From: Gammaproteobacteria bacterium
GTDB lineage: Bacteria; Pseudomonadota; Gammaproteobacteria; Pseudomonadales; Azotimanducaceae
Direction: 5' to 3'
DNA: 64,000 nt
NCBI GenBank assembly: GCA_003248125.1
Contig: QJXZ01000089.1
Coordinates: 3,995-67,994 of the forward strand
Below are positions 10,163 through 18,280 of the stretch, in pieces. Under the pieces are notes generated by a model. It was not told where the DNA came from and made no database searches. It worked only from the letters and a program-made list of their open reading frames with translations. How positions within the stretch are numbered: position 1 is the first letter of the stretch; each line of letters starts with the position of its first letter. Made by a program: the position numbers and the translations under genes.

Positions 10163-11110
10163 ATGCCCGCCATACGACCTTTCGCCCTCGTGGTCGCCTT
10201 GCTCGCCGGCACGGCCATGACCGCTTGCCAGTCGCAATCCCAGAGCTCGGGCGGCCAACCGCAGCCGCCGAGTAGCCCAAGTTCGCCCAGCATGCCGTCC
10301 CCAAGCAGCGTACCGAGCGTTCCGGGCACGCCCGGCACGCCAGGTACGCCCGGCATGCCGGCGCCACCGGCTCCGCCCAGCACCGATGGGGGCATCGAGG
10401 ACGCAACGGACGTGTTCGAAGACGCCCGTAATCGCCGCGAAAGCGGCGAATCCGGTGATGCTAGCGGCGACGCTGGTGATCGCGATGAGACCGCCGAAGC
10501 AGGCGCAGAGGGCGGCGGTCTGCCGGGTGATGAGTCGGCCGGCGACGACGATCAGACGGCAGATGCGGGCGGCCCAACCTGTGCCGAAGACGATCCCGAC
10601 TGCGACGAGACGACTACGGGTACCACGGGCAGCGGTACACCGGCTGGTGGCGACGAGCAGGTGGCGGCCGGCGGCGGCACGCCCTGTGACGAGGCCGACC
10701 CCACATGCACGTCGGGCGCGGACGGCGCATTCGAGCGCGCACTCGAAGACTTCGACGGCGCGATCCTCGCCGAGCGAGGCACCATCATCTCGAGCGCCAA
10801 CGAGACCGCCGCGGGCGACCCACGTGCCGACGAGGGCCGACCATCGGCCCGCGGCGGCATACCCGCGGTACCCGGCTCCGGCAACGGCAGCGCCCCCGAC
10901 GCATCGGGTCTGCCGCTGCCAAAGGCACCGGAAACACCGCCCCCACCGCCGCCTAGCACCGCACAGATGGACATTCCCAAGGACATTCCGGATGCACGCG
11001 ACGACGACGTGGTCGCTCGACAGCTACGGGAAGCGGCGATGCAAGAGACCGATCCGGTGCTTCGCGAAAAGCTCTGGGAAGAATATCGCCGCTACAAGAG
11101 TGGTAGCTGA
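10163..11110 (+). CDS. Pro/Ser/Gly/Asp-rich lipoprotein
   Basis: Inner ATG preceded by AAGGAG. Lipobox LLAGTAMTAC. Long QPQPPSSPSSPSMPSPSSVPSVPGTPGTPGTPGMPAPPAPP tract, then an acidic tract, then an ordered C-terminus DDVVARQLREAAMQETDPVLREKLWEEYRRYKSGS. Confidence 0.65.
   Translation: MPAIRPFALVVALLAGTAMTACQSQSQSSGGQPQPPSSPSSPSMPSPSSVPSVPGTPGTPGTPGMPAPPAPPSTDGGIEDATDVFEDARNRRESGESGDASGDAGDRDETAEAGAEGGGLPGDESAGDDDQTADAGGPTCAEDDPDCDETTTGTTGSGTPAGGDEQVAAGGGTPCDEADPTCTSGADGAFERALEDFDGAILAERGTIISSANETAAGDPRADEGRPSARGGIPAVPGSGNGSAPDASGLPLPKAPETPPPPPPSTAQMDIPKDIPDARDDDVVARQLREAAMQETDPVLREKLWEEYRRYKSGS
10322..10357 (+). repeat. four imperfect tandem 9-bp units encoding (PGT)3-PGM
   Basis: ccgggcacg / cccggcacg / ccaggtacg / cccggcatg, read directly from the sequence inside the lipoprotein gene. 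Confidence 0.7.
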
Positions 11111-12364
11111 GTGCAATTCGTAGTCCCGACCAGAACCATTGCCGCGGTCGCAGTGTTGGCCACGGTGCTCGGCTGTGGCTCAACGTCGGTGCGCAGCGTC
11201 GACATGCGGCCACCGGAACGCGCCACCAACGCCGTTCCCGAAGCGCTGCTGCTCGATGTCGGTGTCGCCATATTCGACGCCAACATACCGGAAGACTATG
11301 ACGAGCAGATCGAAGGCAACATTGCCCCCGAGGTGCGTCGCGCCGAGGGCAACTACATCGCCTACTTCTTGAAGAACGTGCTCCAAGACACGGGCCAATG
11401 GGGGGCCGTGCGCGTCGTGCCTCGTCATACCAATGCGGTCGACGTGATCGTCTCCGGCAAGATCATTGCATCGGATGGCGAACGCCTCCAACTGGAAGTG
11501 ACCGCCACCGATGCCACTGACACCGTGTGGTTTACGAAGCGCTACGAAGGTTTGTCGAGCCGTTATGCCTATGACGTTTCGGTCCCGCGCGAGTTCGATC
11601 CCTTCCAAACCGTCTATCGCGAGATCGCGGACGATCTGCTCGCACATCGGAAGAATCTGGACGAAACGGCAATTGGACGTGTTCGAACCGTTGCCGAGAT
11701 GAAATTCGCACGTGAATTCGCACCCGATGCGTTTGCCAATTACGTAGAACAGGACAAGCGTGGCCAGAGCAAGGTGGTACGCTTGCCAGCGACCAACGAC
11801 CCTATGCTGGCGCGTGTCCGGCGTGTTCGCGAACGCGAATACCTGTTCATCGACACCCTCGACGAATATTTCGCCGAGTTTCACCGCAAGATGTTCACGC
11901 CCTACCAAGAGTGGCGCCTCGCTACCTACGACGAAGCAATGGCATATCGCGAGCTGAAGGCGCAATCGCGCGCGCGCATGTTGGGCGGTGCGCTTGCCAT
12001 CGCCGGCGGGATCGGCGCCCTCACAAGTGACGACAACAGCGGCATGACGCAGGGTGCAGGGTATGTCGCAATCGTAGGTGGCGCGCTCGCGGTCCAGAGC
12101 GCGGTCAAGAAACGCGCCGAAGCGCAGATCCATGCCGACGTCCTGCAGGAACTTGGGGTCTCTGCCGAAGCCGAGATCGCACCCCACACCATCGACTTGG
12201 AAAACCGCACCGTCAGCCTGAGCGGCACCGTCGATGCTCAATACGACGCGATGAAACGCGTCTTGCGCCAGGTCTATTACGAAGAGCTCGGCCTCGCGCT
12301 GCCGCCCGAGCCGGCACTCCCCGCAGCGATCGAGACGGAGCCCGACGCCGGCAGCGACGCATAG
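11111..12364 (+). CDS. lipoprotein, unknown function (417 aa)
   Basis: GTG start immediately after the previous stop. Lipobox LATVLGCGS. Predicted hydrophobic Gly/Ala-rich segment LGGALAIAGGIGAL...YVAIVGGALAV near the C-terminal third. Confidence 0.7.
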   Translation: MQFVVPTRTIAAVAVLATVLGCGSTSVRSVDMRPPERATNAVPEALLLDVGVAIFDANIPEDYDEQIEGNIAPEVRRAEGNYIAYFLKNVLQDTGQWGAVRVVPRHTNAVDVIVSGKIIASDGERLQLEVTATDATDTVWFTKRYEGLSSRYAYDVSVPREFDPFQTVYREIADDLLAHRKNLDETAIGRVRTVAEMKFAREFAPDAFANYVEQDKRGQSKVVRLPATNDPMLARVRRVREREYLFIDTLDEYFAEFHRKMFTPYQEWRLATYDEAMAYRELKAQSRARMLGGALAIAGGIGALTSDDNSGMTQGAGYVAIVGGALAVQSAVKKRAEAQIHADVLQELGVSAEAEIAPHTIDLENRTVSLSGTVDAQYDAMKRVLRQVYYEELGLALPPEPALPAAIETEPDAGSDA

Positions 12365-13864
12365 ATGAGTTCGCAGTCCGACGACTTCGTCACCATCCGG
12401 CCACGACGTGCGCCGCTCGCCCACGTTCCTGCGGACGCGACGGTCGACGCCGCGTCTGCTACTCGTCGCTTGCCGCTCGCATGGCTCGGCTTTGCAGCAT
12501 TGCTCGCGCTCGCCATCTGGGTGTTGTTTTTCATGCCCGCGCCGGTCGTGGAGCCTCCGCCGCGCACGCCCGGCGTCGAGCAAAGCGCAGCGCCCCGTGC
12601 TGCCGACGCAACGCCCGCGCCGTTCGAAGACCTGCAACGCAAGCGGGCGCGTGACGACGCGCAGGCACTGCTGTCGCGATTCGTCGAACTGCAAATCCGG
12701 CTTGACGACGAGATGCAGGTCACCGAATGGGCGCCCGAGGAGTTCGAGGCCGCCCAACGCGCTGCCAACGATGGCGATCAGCGATTCTTGAAGGAGAACT
12801 ACGAAGCCGCTATGGCGGCATATCGAAGTGGTATCGACGGGCTAGAAGCTTTGGTTGCGCGCGGCCAAGCGACGTTCGATGACAACTTGGCAGCGGGACT
12901 GACCGCGTTGGCACGCGGCGATGCGCCGGCTGCACTTGCGGCGCTCGATACCGCCGCCATCGTGCATCCCGGCGATCCGCGGCTCGCTGCCGCGCGCCAC
13001 CGGGCCGAAGTGCTGCCGGAAGTCGTCGAGCTGACACGTCGCGCGGAGATCGCTGCCGCCAAAGGCGATGCCGCTGACGCCATCGATGCGTACACGCGCG
13101 CGCTAGCCCTGGACCCGACCCGCACCGATCTCGAGCCGCAGATTGCCGAGTTGCGGGCAACACAAGCGGATCGTGCCTTCGCGGCACGACTCACCACCGG
13201 CTTCGATGCACTCGATGCCGGCAATCTCGATCGGGCGCTCGATGCCTTCCGCGCCGCGCTGCGTGACCGACCCAACGATCAAGCTGCGCGCGACGGTCTC
13301 GCGCAGGTCGAGCAGGCGCAGACGCTGGCGCGTATCGAGTCGACGCGCCGACATGCCGTCGAGCTCGAGGCGGCCGAGGATTGGCCAGCTGCCGCAGCAG
13401 CCTACGGAGACGTGCTGGCGATCGACCCCACGATTCAATTCGCAACCGAAGGACGCGCACGCGCAGAAGCCCGCATACAGCTCGACCAACGATTGCGCGA
13501 CGCCCTGTCCGATCCGGGGGCGCTGTCGGCCGATGCGGTCTTCCAGAACGCGGTGGCCTTGTACGACGAGGCGGTCGACATCGCCGCTCCGGGTGCCAAG
13601 CTGACGGCACAGCTCGATCGGCTCGAGTCGATGATCGCTGTGGCCGCACAACCAACCACGGTGGTGCTGACCTCGGATGCGGCCACCGACGTGAGCGTCT
13701 ACCAGCTCGGCAACATCGGTCGGTTCGAGCGCAAGGAAGTCAGCCTGCGGCCGGGCCGCTACCTCGTTACCGGCAGCCGGCCAGGACGTCGCGACGTCCG
13801 CTTCGAGATGCTGGTGACCCCAGGCATGGCGCCGGTCGACGTGCGCTGCTCGGAAACGATCTGA
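12365..13864 (+). CDS. membrane-anchored TPR-repeat protein
   Basis: ATG directly abuts the previous stop. Single TM LAWLGFAALLALAIWVLFFM. Ala/Asp/Arg-rich TPR-like repeats. The C-terminal beta-rich segment TTVVLTSDAATDVSVYQLG...GRYLVTGSRPGRRDVRFEMLV is PEGA/CarboxypepD_reg-like. Confidence 0.7.
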   Translation: MSSQSDDFVTIRPRRAPLAHVPADATVDAASATRRLPLAWLGFAALLALAIWVLFFMPAPVVEPPPRTPGVEQSAAPRAADATPAPFEDLQRKRARDDAQALLSRFVELQIRLDDEMQVTEWAPEEFEAAQRAANDGDQRFLKENYEAAMAAYRSGIDGLEALVARGQATFDDNLAAGLTALARGDAPAALAALDTAAIVHPGDPRLAAARHRAEVLPEVVELTRRAEIAAAKGDAADAIDAYTRALALDPTRTDLEPQIAELRATQADRAFAARLTTGFDALDAGNLDRALDAFRAALRDRPNDQAARDGLAQVEQAQTLARIESTRRHAVELEAAEDWPAAAAAYGDVLAIDPTIQFATEGRARAEARIQLDQRLRDALSDPGALSADAVFQNAVALYDEAVDIAAPGAKLTAQLDRLESMIAVAAQPTTVVLTSDAATDVSVYQLGNIGRFERKEVSLRPGRYLVTGSRPGRRDVRFEMLVTPGMAPVDVRCSETI

Positions 13865-13866
13865 GC

Positions 13867-15912
13867 ATGCCGGCCGTCGACGGCGACGCGGTGATTCGGC
13901 CGCAGGTATTCGTGCCAACCAGCCGTCAGGCACGTCCACCGTGGTGGCGACGATACGGCGTTCGAATTGCACTCGGTATCGTGACGGTCGTGGTCGCGAC
14001 CGTGGTTTGGTACTTGTTCACCGCCCGCTCCGTGCGCATCGAGCTCACGCCTGCCGATGCCGCGCTCGAGATTCACGGCGCGTTCGATCTCGCGTTGGGT
14101 GGCACGTGGGTTCTGCGCGAAGGCCAGTATCGCCTCACCGCGAGCGCCGATGGGTTCTTCGATCTCGATGCGCCGCTCATGGTCGACGATGCCGAGTACC
14201 AAACTTACAGATTCGAGCTAAAGCCGCTGCCCGGACGCGTCGATTTCATCTCCAACCCTGCAGGCGCCGTGGTGTTCATCGATGGTGAGCGCATTGGTGT
14301 CACGCCGCTCGGCGCCATCGAAATCGCTGCCGGTGAACACGACCTCGAGATCGTCGAACGACGTCACGTCTCGCACATCGCCAAGCTCGACGTCGTTGGC
14401 CGCGGCACCGCCCAGCAAGTCGAGGTGATCCTCGAGCCGAATTGGGCGGACGTCACCATCGCGTCGACTCCGGCCGGCGCACAAGTACTGATCGATGACG
14501 AGAACATCGGGGTAACGCCCGGCACGTTCGAGGTAGTGGCTGGGACACGCGAGCTACGCATCAAGTTGCCGAGGCACAAGAGCGCCGTCGAGCAGTTGAC
14601 TGTCGCTGCGCGCCAGGCGTTGACCTTGCCGCCATTCGTTCTGCAACCGGCCGACGCCCTGCTCACGGTACGCTCGGCACCAACCGGCGTCGCGGTCACG
14701 GTGGATGGCAGGTATCAGGGTACAACGCCGCTCGAAGTGGCGTTGGCACCGGGCCGCGAGCACGCAGTGCGTCTGTCGAAGGCTGGCTACGCAGCTGCGA
14801 CCCGGCGCGTCACGCTGCAGGCGACCGACGAACGAACGCTCGAGGTGCAGCTCGACGCGCTGCTCGGTACCGTCATGATCACGGCAACCCCTGCCGACGC
14901 GGAAGTGTGGGTTGATGGCGTCGCACGCGGCGCGGTCCGGCGCCTGCAATTGCCGGCCCGAAGCCACCGGCTCGAGTTCAAGAGGGCTGGCTATGAGAGT
15001 CAAGCCAAAGAAGTGACGCCACAACCGAACATCACGCAGCAGCTGGCTGTCAGACTGCTCACCCACGCCGAAGCGCGGCTCGCGAAGCTCGTGCCGCGGA
15101 TCAAGCACCCGGCCGGAGGCGAGATGTTGCTGTTCGACGGCGGCGCAGTAACGATGGGCGCATCGCGCCGTGAGCCCGGTCGACGGGCCAACGAGACACT
15201 ACGCACCGTCAACGTCACACGTCTGTTCTATCTCGCGACCACCGAGGTCACGAACGGACAATTTCGGCAATTCGCCAAGGCGCACAGCTCCGGCAAGTTC
15301 GAAGAGCAAGAACTCGACAAGGACGACCAGCCGGTTGCCAACGTCACCTGGCTCGAGGCTGCACTGTTCTGCAATTGGCTTTCGGAGCGCGCGCGACTAC
15401 CCGTGTTCTATCGGGTCGAGTTCGGCAAGGTCGTCGGCTTCAATGCCAAAGCCACGGGTTTTCGTCTGCCTACCGAAGCGGAGTGGAGTTGGACCGCCCG
15501 CACAAGGCCCGACGGCTCACCGACTCAACGATTCCCGTGGGGAGATGCGCTGCCGCCCCCGGAACGATTCGGAAACTATGCGGACCGCTCGGCGTCTCAC
15601 GTGTTGGGTCGTATCGTATTCGGCTACAACGACAACTTCATCGTATCGGCGCCTGTCGCCACGTTCGCAGCCGATGCCCGAGGGCTTTTCGACTTGTCAG
15701 GCAATGTCGCTGAGTGGGTAAACGATTTCTATGAGATTCCCAGCGAAGCGGCTGCGTCCGACCCACTCGGACCAGCGAGCGGTGACTATCACGTGATTCG
15801 CGGTTCGAGCTGGATGCACGGCACGATCACGGATCTGCGCACGTCGTTCCGCGACTACGGCGAGGACGGTCGCCCCGACCTCGGCTTCCGCATCGCAAGG
15901 TTTGCAGAGTGA
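13867..15912 (+). CDS. membrane-anchored PEGA-repeat protein with C-terminal FGE-sulfatase (SUMF1/EgtB/PvdO) domain
   Basis: Inner ATG 2 nt after the previous stop. TM IALGIVTVVVATVVWYLF. At least 4 PEGA units (SNPAGAVVFIDGERIGVTP, STPAGAQVLIDDENIGVTP, SAPTGVAVTVDGRYQGTTP, ATPADAEVWVDGVARG). FGE-fold motifs: FYLATTEVTNGQFRQF, PVANVTWLEAALFCNWLS, GFRLPTEAEWSW, GNVAEWVNDFY, VIRGSSW, GFRIARF. Confidence 0.85.
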   Translation: MPAVDGDAVIRPQVFVPTSRQARPPWWRRYGVRIALGIVTVVVATVVWYLFTARSVRIELTPADAALEIHGAFDLALGGTWVLREGQYRLTASADGFFDLDAPLMVDDAEYQTYRFELKPLPGRVDFISNPAGAVVFIDGERIGVTPLGAIEIAAGEHDLEIVERRHVSHIAKLDVVGRGTAQQVEVILEPNWADVTIASTPAGAQVLIDDENIGVTPGTFEVVAGTRELRIKLPRHKSAVEQLTVAARQALTLPPFVLQPADALLTVRSAPTGVAVTVDGRYQGTTPLEVALAPGREHAVRLSKAGYAAATRRVTLQATDERTLEVQLDALLGTVMITATPADAEVWVDGVARGAVRRLQLPARSHRLEFKRAGYESQAKEVTPQPNITQQLAVRLLTHAEARLAKLVPRIKHPAGGEMLLFDGGAVTMGASRREPGRRANETLRTVNVTRLFYLATTEVTNGQFRQFAKAHSSGKFEEQELDKDDQPVANVTWLEAALFCNWLSERARLPVFYRVEFGKVVGFNAKATGFRLPTEAEWSWTARTRPDGSPTQRFPWGDALPPPERFGNYADRSASHVLGRIVFGYNDNFIVSAPVATFAADARGLFDLSGNVAEWVNDFYEIPSEAAASDPLGPASGDYHVIRGSSWMHGTITDLRTSFRDYGEDGRPDLGFRIARFAE

Positions 15913-16148
15913 CGTTGCGACGCCTCGCGCTGATCGCCGCTGTTGCACTTACGCTACCCCTGGCGGCTGCCGACGGTGAACGGTCGTCGACACCGCCAAC
16001 CCCGGGCGACGGACGCGACAGCACCGAGCCACAGACGGATGACGCCACCACAGAGGGTGACGATTCGGGCGGACCTTCGGCCGATGTGTTCGTGCCCACC
16101 GAAGAGATCTCCGAGGACGCCGCCGTCGCGTTCCCAGTCGACATATGA
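15909..16148 (+). CDS. small secreted acidic protein (79 aa)
   Basis: GTGA overlap with the upstream stop. Signal peptide MTLRRLALIAAVALTLPLAAA, then a Asp/Glu/Thr/Pro-rich mature part ending VFVPTEEISEDAAVAFPVDI. Confidence 0.5.
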   Translation: MTLRRLALIAAVALTLPLAAADGERSSTPPTPGDGRDSTEPQTDDATTEGDDSGGPSADVFVPTEEISEDAAVAFPVDI

Positions 16149-16187
16149 TGTGCGGCACGGTTCGATGACCATCGTCGAGAGAGCAGT

Positions 16188-16985
16188 ATGAAACGCGGGC
16201 TACCATTCGAACTCGTCTACCAGATCGTCGCGCTGGTGATTGCAATCATCGTCGTGCATCTCGTCTACATCACCGTCGTGCGGCCGAATGCCGATGCGGT
16301 GTTGCGCGCCGAAGCAGAGCGCCTCGCCGCCGGGGAATCGTTCGTTCAAGAGCGATCGTTGTACGTGGTGCTCAAAGACTACGAGCAGGAGTCGTGCTTC
16401 ATTCTGATGTTTTGGGCTGTTTCGATCATGGGATTCAAGGCACGCACGGCGCTCAAGGAGCGCGCGCTGCTGGACCAGAGCATCGTCACGGTCGCCGAAG
16501 GTATGAGCATTCTTCCCGAAGACACGCGCGAATACGCGCGACCCATACAAGCGTTCGATGCCGAGACGCGCGGTCTGCTACTGCCGCGCGTGCTGCTCGC
16601 GGCGTTGCAGCGATTTGCTTCGGCGCGCAACGTACAAGACGTGTCCGAAGCCGTCACGACGATCTGCAGCGCCGAATCGGATCGTCTCGACAGCGAGTTG
16701 TCGATGGTCCGCTACATCGCCTGGGCGATTCCTTCAATAGGGTTCATCGGCACGGTGCGCGGTATCGGCGACGCGCTCGGGCAGGCCTATCGCGCGGTCG
16801 AGGGTGACATTGCCGGCGTGACTGCGAGCCTCGGCGTAGCGTTCAACTCCACGTTCGTGGCACTCGTCATCAGCATCGTACTGATGTTCCTCATGCATCA
16901 GCTGCAGCTCATTCAGGAACGGCTCGTGCTCGATACGCAGACCTACTGCGACCAGCGACTCATTCGCCACCTGCAGGTGCGCTGA
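16188..16985 (+). CDS. MotA/TolQ/ExbB proton-channel family protein
   Basis: 265 aa with three predicted TM helices. C-terminal signature YIAWAIPSIGFIGTVRGIGDALGQAY...LGVAFNSTFVALVISIVLMFLMHQL corresponds to the MotA_ExbB domain. Confidence 0.85.
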   Translation: MKRGLPFELVYQIVALVIAIIVVHLVYITVVRPNADAVLRAEAERLAAGESFVQERSLYVVLKDYEQESCFILMFWAVSIMGFKARTALKERALLDQSIVTVAEGMSILPEDTREYARPIQAFDAETRGLLLPRVLLAALQRFASARNVQDVSEAVTTICSAESDRLDSELSMVRYIAWAIPSIGFIGTVRGIGDALGQAYRAVEGDIAGVTASLGVAFNSTFVALVISIVLMFLMHQLQLIQERLVLDTQTYCDQRLIRHLQVR

Positions 16986-18280
16986 TGACGACGTTCGTGC
17001 TCGACTTGAACGATGCGCAGCTGCGCGTCGGCCGGGGCACGGACGTGGTCGCACAGTCGTCGGGCTACGCGCTGATCGAGGGCAACCGGCTGCTGCTCGG
17101 CGATGACGCAAGGCGCGCATTCCGTCTGCATCCACGACAGGCACACAACGCCTTCTGGCACCGCTTGAGCACCGAAGTGCTCAGCCACCGGACCCGCGAG
17201 CTTGCGAGTCACGCCGATCTCGTCTACCGACATCTTCGCGCGCTCGTCGAGCAAGCGCACATCTCGCCAGGTGACGAGCTCATCATCGCCGCTGCGGCAA
17301 CCACTTCCGCCGAGCAGCTCGCCTTGCTGCTCGGTATCGCCGAGCAGGTTGGTCTGAATGTCACTGGTCTGGTCGACGCCGCGGTGGCCGCGACCGCCAC
17401 CGCAGAAATGCCAGCTCTCTTCCGCTACATCGATGTGGGGCTGCACCGTTTGTCGGTGACGCAAGTGCAAGGTGGCAACGAACTCGAGCGAGTCGGCTGG
17501 CAGGACATCACCGAGCTATCGCTCGCAGCGCTACTCGATGCATGGGTAAACGTGGTCGCTGACCGCTTCGTGCGCGAAACGCGTTTCGATCCCCTGGTCA
17601 ACGCGGCAACCGAGCAACAGGTCTACGACCGAATCTTCGACTGGTTCACCTCCGGCGCGCCCGCCGGCGATCTCGGCATAACCATCGAGCATGCCGGCAC
17701 CGAACGGCGCATCGACTTGTCGACGGCGCTGCTGACCGAGAAGGCGGTGAGCCGCTACCGGGTGATCGACAAGGCCCTCGACGGCGTGCCCATCGTATTG
17801 TCGCATCGTGCCGCCGCGCTGCCGGGATTCGAGGCTACCCTGCACGAACGGACGGGCACGATCATTGTCTGCAAGCCGGATGCCGTGTTCCAGGGCGTGG
17901 CCGGCCATCTCGGCGCCATTCGATCGACGGGCGACGGCGTTCGATTCGTCACGCGCCTGCCCTCCTCCGGCATCCGCCCGAGTCTCGAGGCACCGCGCAA
18001 GACTGCGCCCACCCACATTCTGTGCGGCTCGATCGCGCGCCCAATCGGCGCGGGCTTGACCATCGATGCCCTTCACTTCCCAGACCTGCCCAGCGACTTT
18101 CCCACCGGTTCGTTCGCGGTCCGGCCCGGTGACGAAGCTGCCAGTCTCAGCGTCGCGGCAGGAACTGCAGTTGCGGTAGACGGGGCGCCAGGGCGAGACG
18201 GCGTGGCGCTCGCAACCGGCGCGGTCATCGAAGTAGCGGGCGTACGGTTCACGCTGATCGAGGTGGCCGATGGCGCGTAG
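16985..18280 (+). CDS. cytoplasmic hypothetical protein, degenerate Hsp70/actin-fold-like N-region plus FHA-like C-terminus (tentative)
   Basis: TGATG overlap with the MotA-like gene. No signal peptide or TM. FVLDLNDAQLRV, ELIIAAAATTSAEQLALLLGIAEQVGLNVTGLVDAAVAATAT and FRYIDVGLHRLSVTQV sit where DnaK has GIDLGTTNS, AVITVPAYF..A..AG..V.R.INEPTAAA and DLGGGTFD, but the catalytic residues are replaced. The C-terminus ends VAVDGAP..VALATGAVIEVAGVRFTLIEV. Confidence 0.7.
   Translation: MTTFVLDLNDAQLRVGRGTDVVAQSSGYALIEGNRLLLGDDARRAFRLHPRQAHNAFWHRLSTEVLSHRTRELASHADLVYRHLRALVEQAHISPGDELIIAAAATTSAEQLALLLGIAEQVGLNVTGLVDAAVAATATAEMPALFRYIDVGLHRLSVTQVQGGNELERVGWQDITELSLAALLDAWVNVVADRFVRETRFDPLVNAATEQQVYDRIFDWFTSGAPAGDLGITIEHAGTERRIDLSTALLTEKAVSRYRVIDKALDGVPIVLSHRAAALPGFEATLHERTGTIIVCKPDAVFQGVAGHLGAIRSTGDGVRFVTRLPSSGIRPSLEAPRKTAPTHILCGSIARPIGAGLTIDALHFPDLPSDFPTGSFAVRPGDEAASLSVAAGTAVAVDGAPGRDGVALATGAVIEVAGVRFTLIEVADGA

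Noticed and set aside
11180-12757. 525-aa antisense ORF across the lipoprotein and TPR genes. Similar antisense or off-frame ORFs occur at 41951..43615 (554 aa), 8253..9047, 32405..33454, 38787..39533 and 57945..58553.
   Set aside because: Same reasoning: no recognisable domains, Arg/Gly/His-rich composition, and the opposite-strand or in-phase gene has strong family evidence or signal-peptide/lipobox logic.
13381-13866. N-terminal 162-codon extension of the PEGA/FGE ORF given in the ORF track (843 aa). Analogous extensions exist for sufC (23831), sufS (25629), sufA (26950), sufT (27312), the S8 protease (43830) and others.
   Set aside because: The extensions overlap the preceding gene in another frame and are Arg-rich. 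Each contains an internal ATG placed exactly at or overlapping the upstream stop codon, with a sensible N-terminus.
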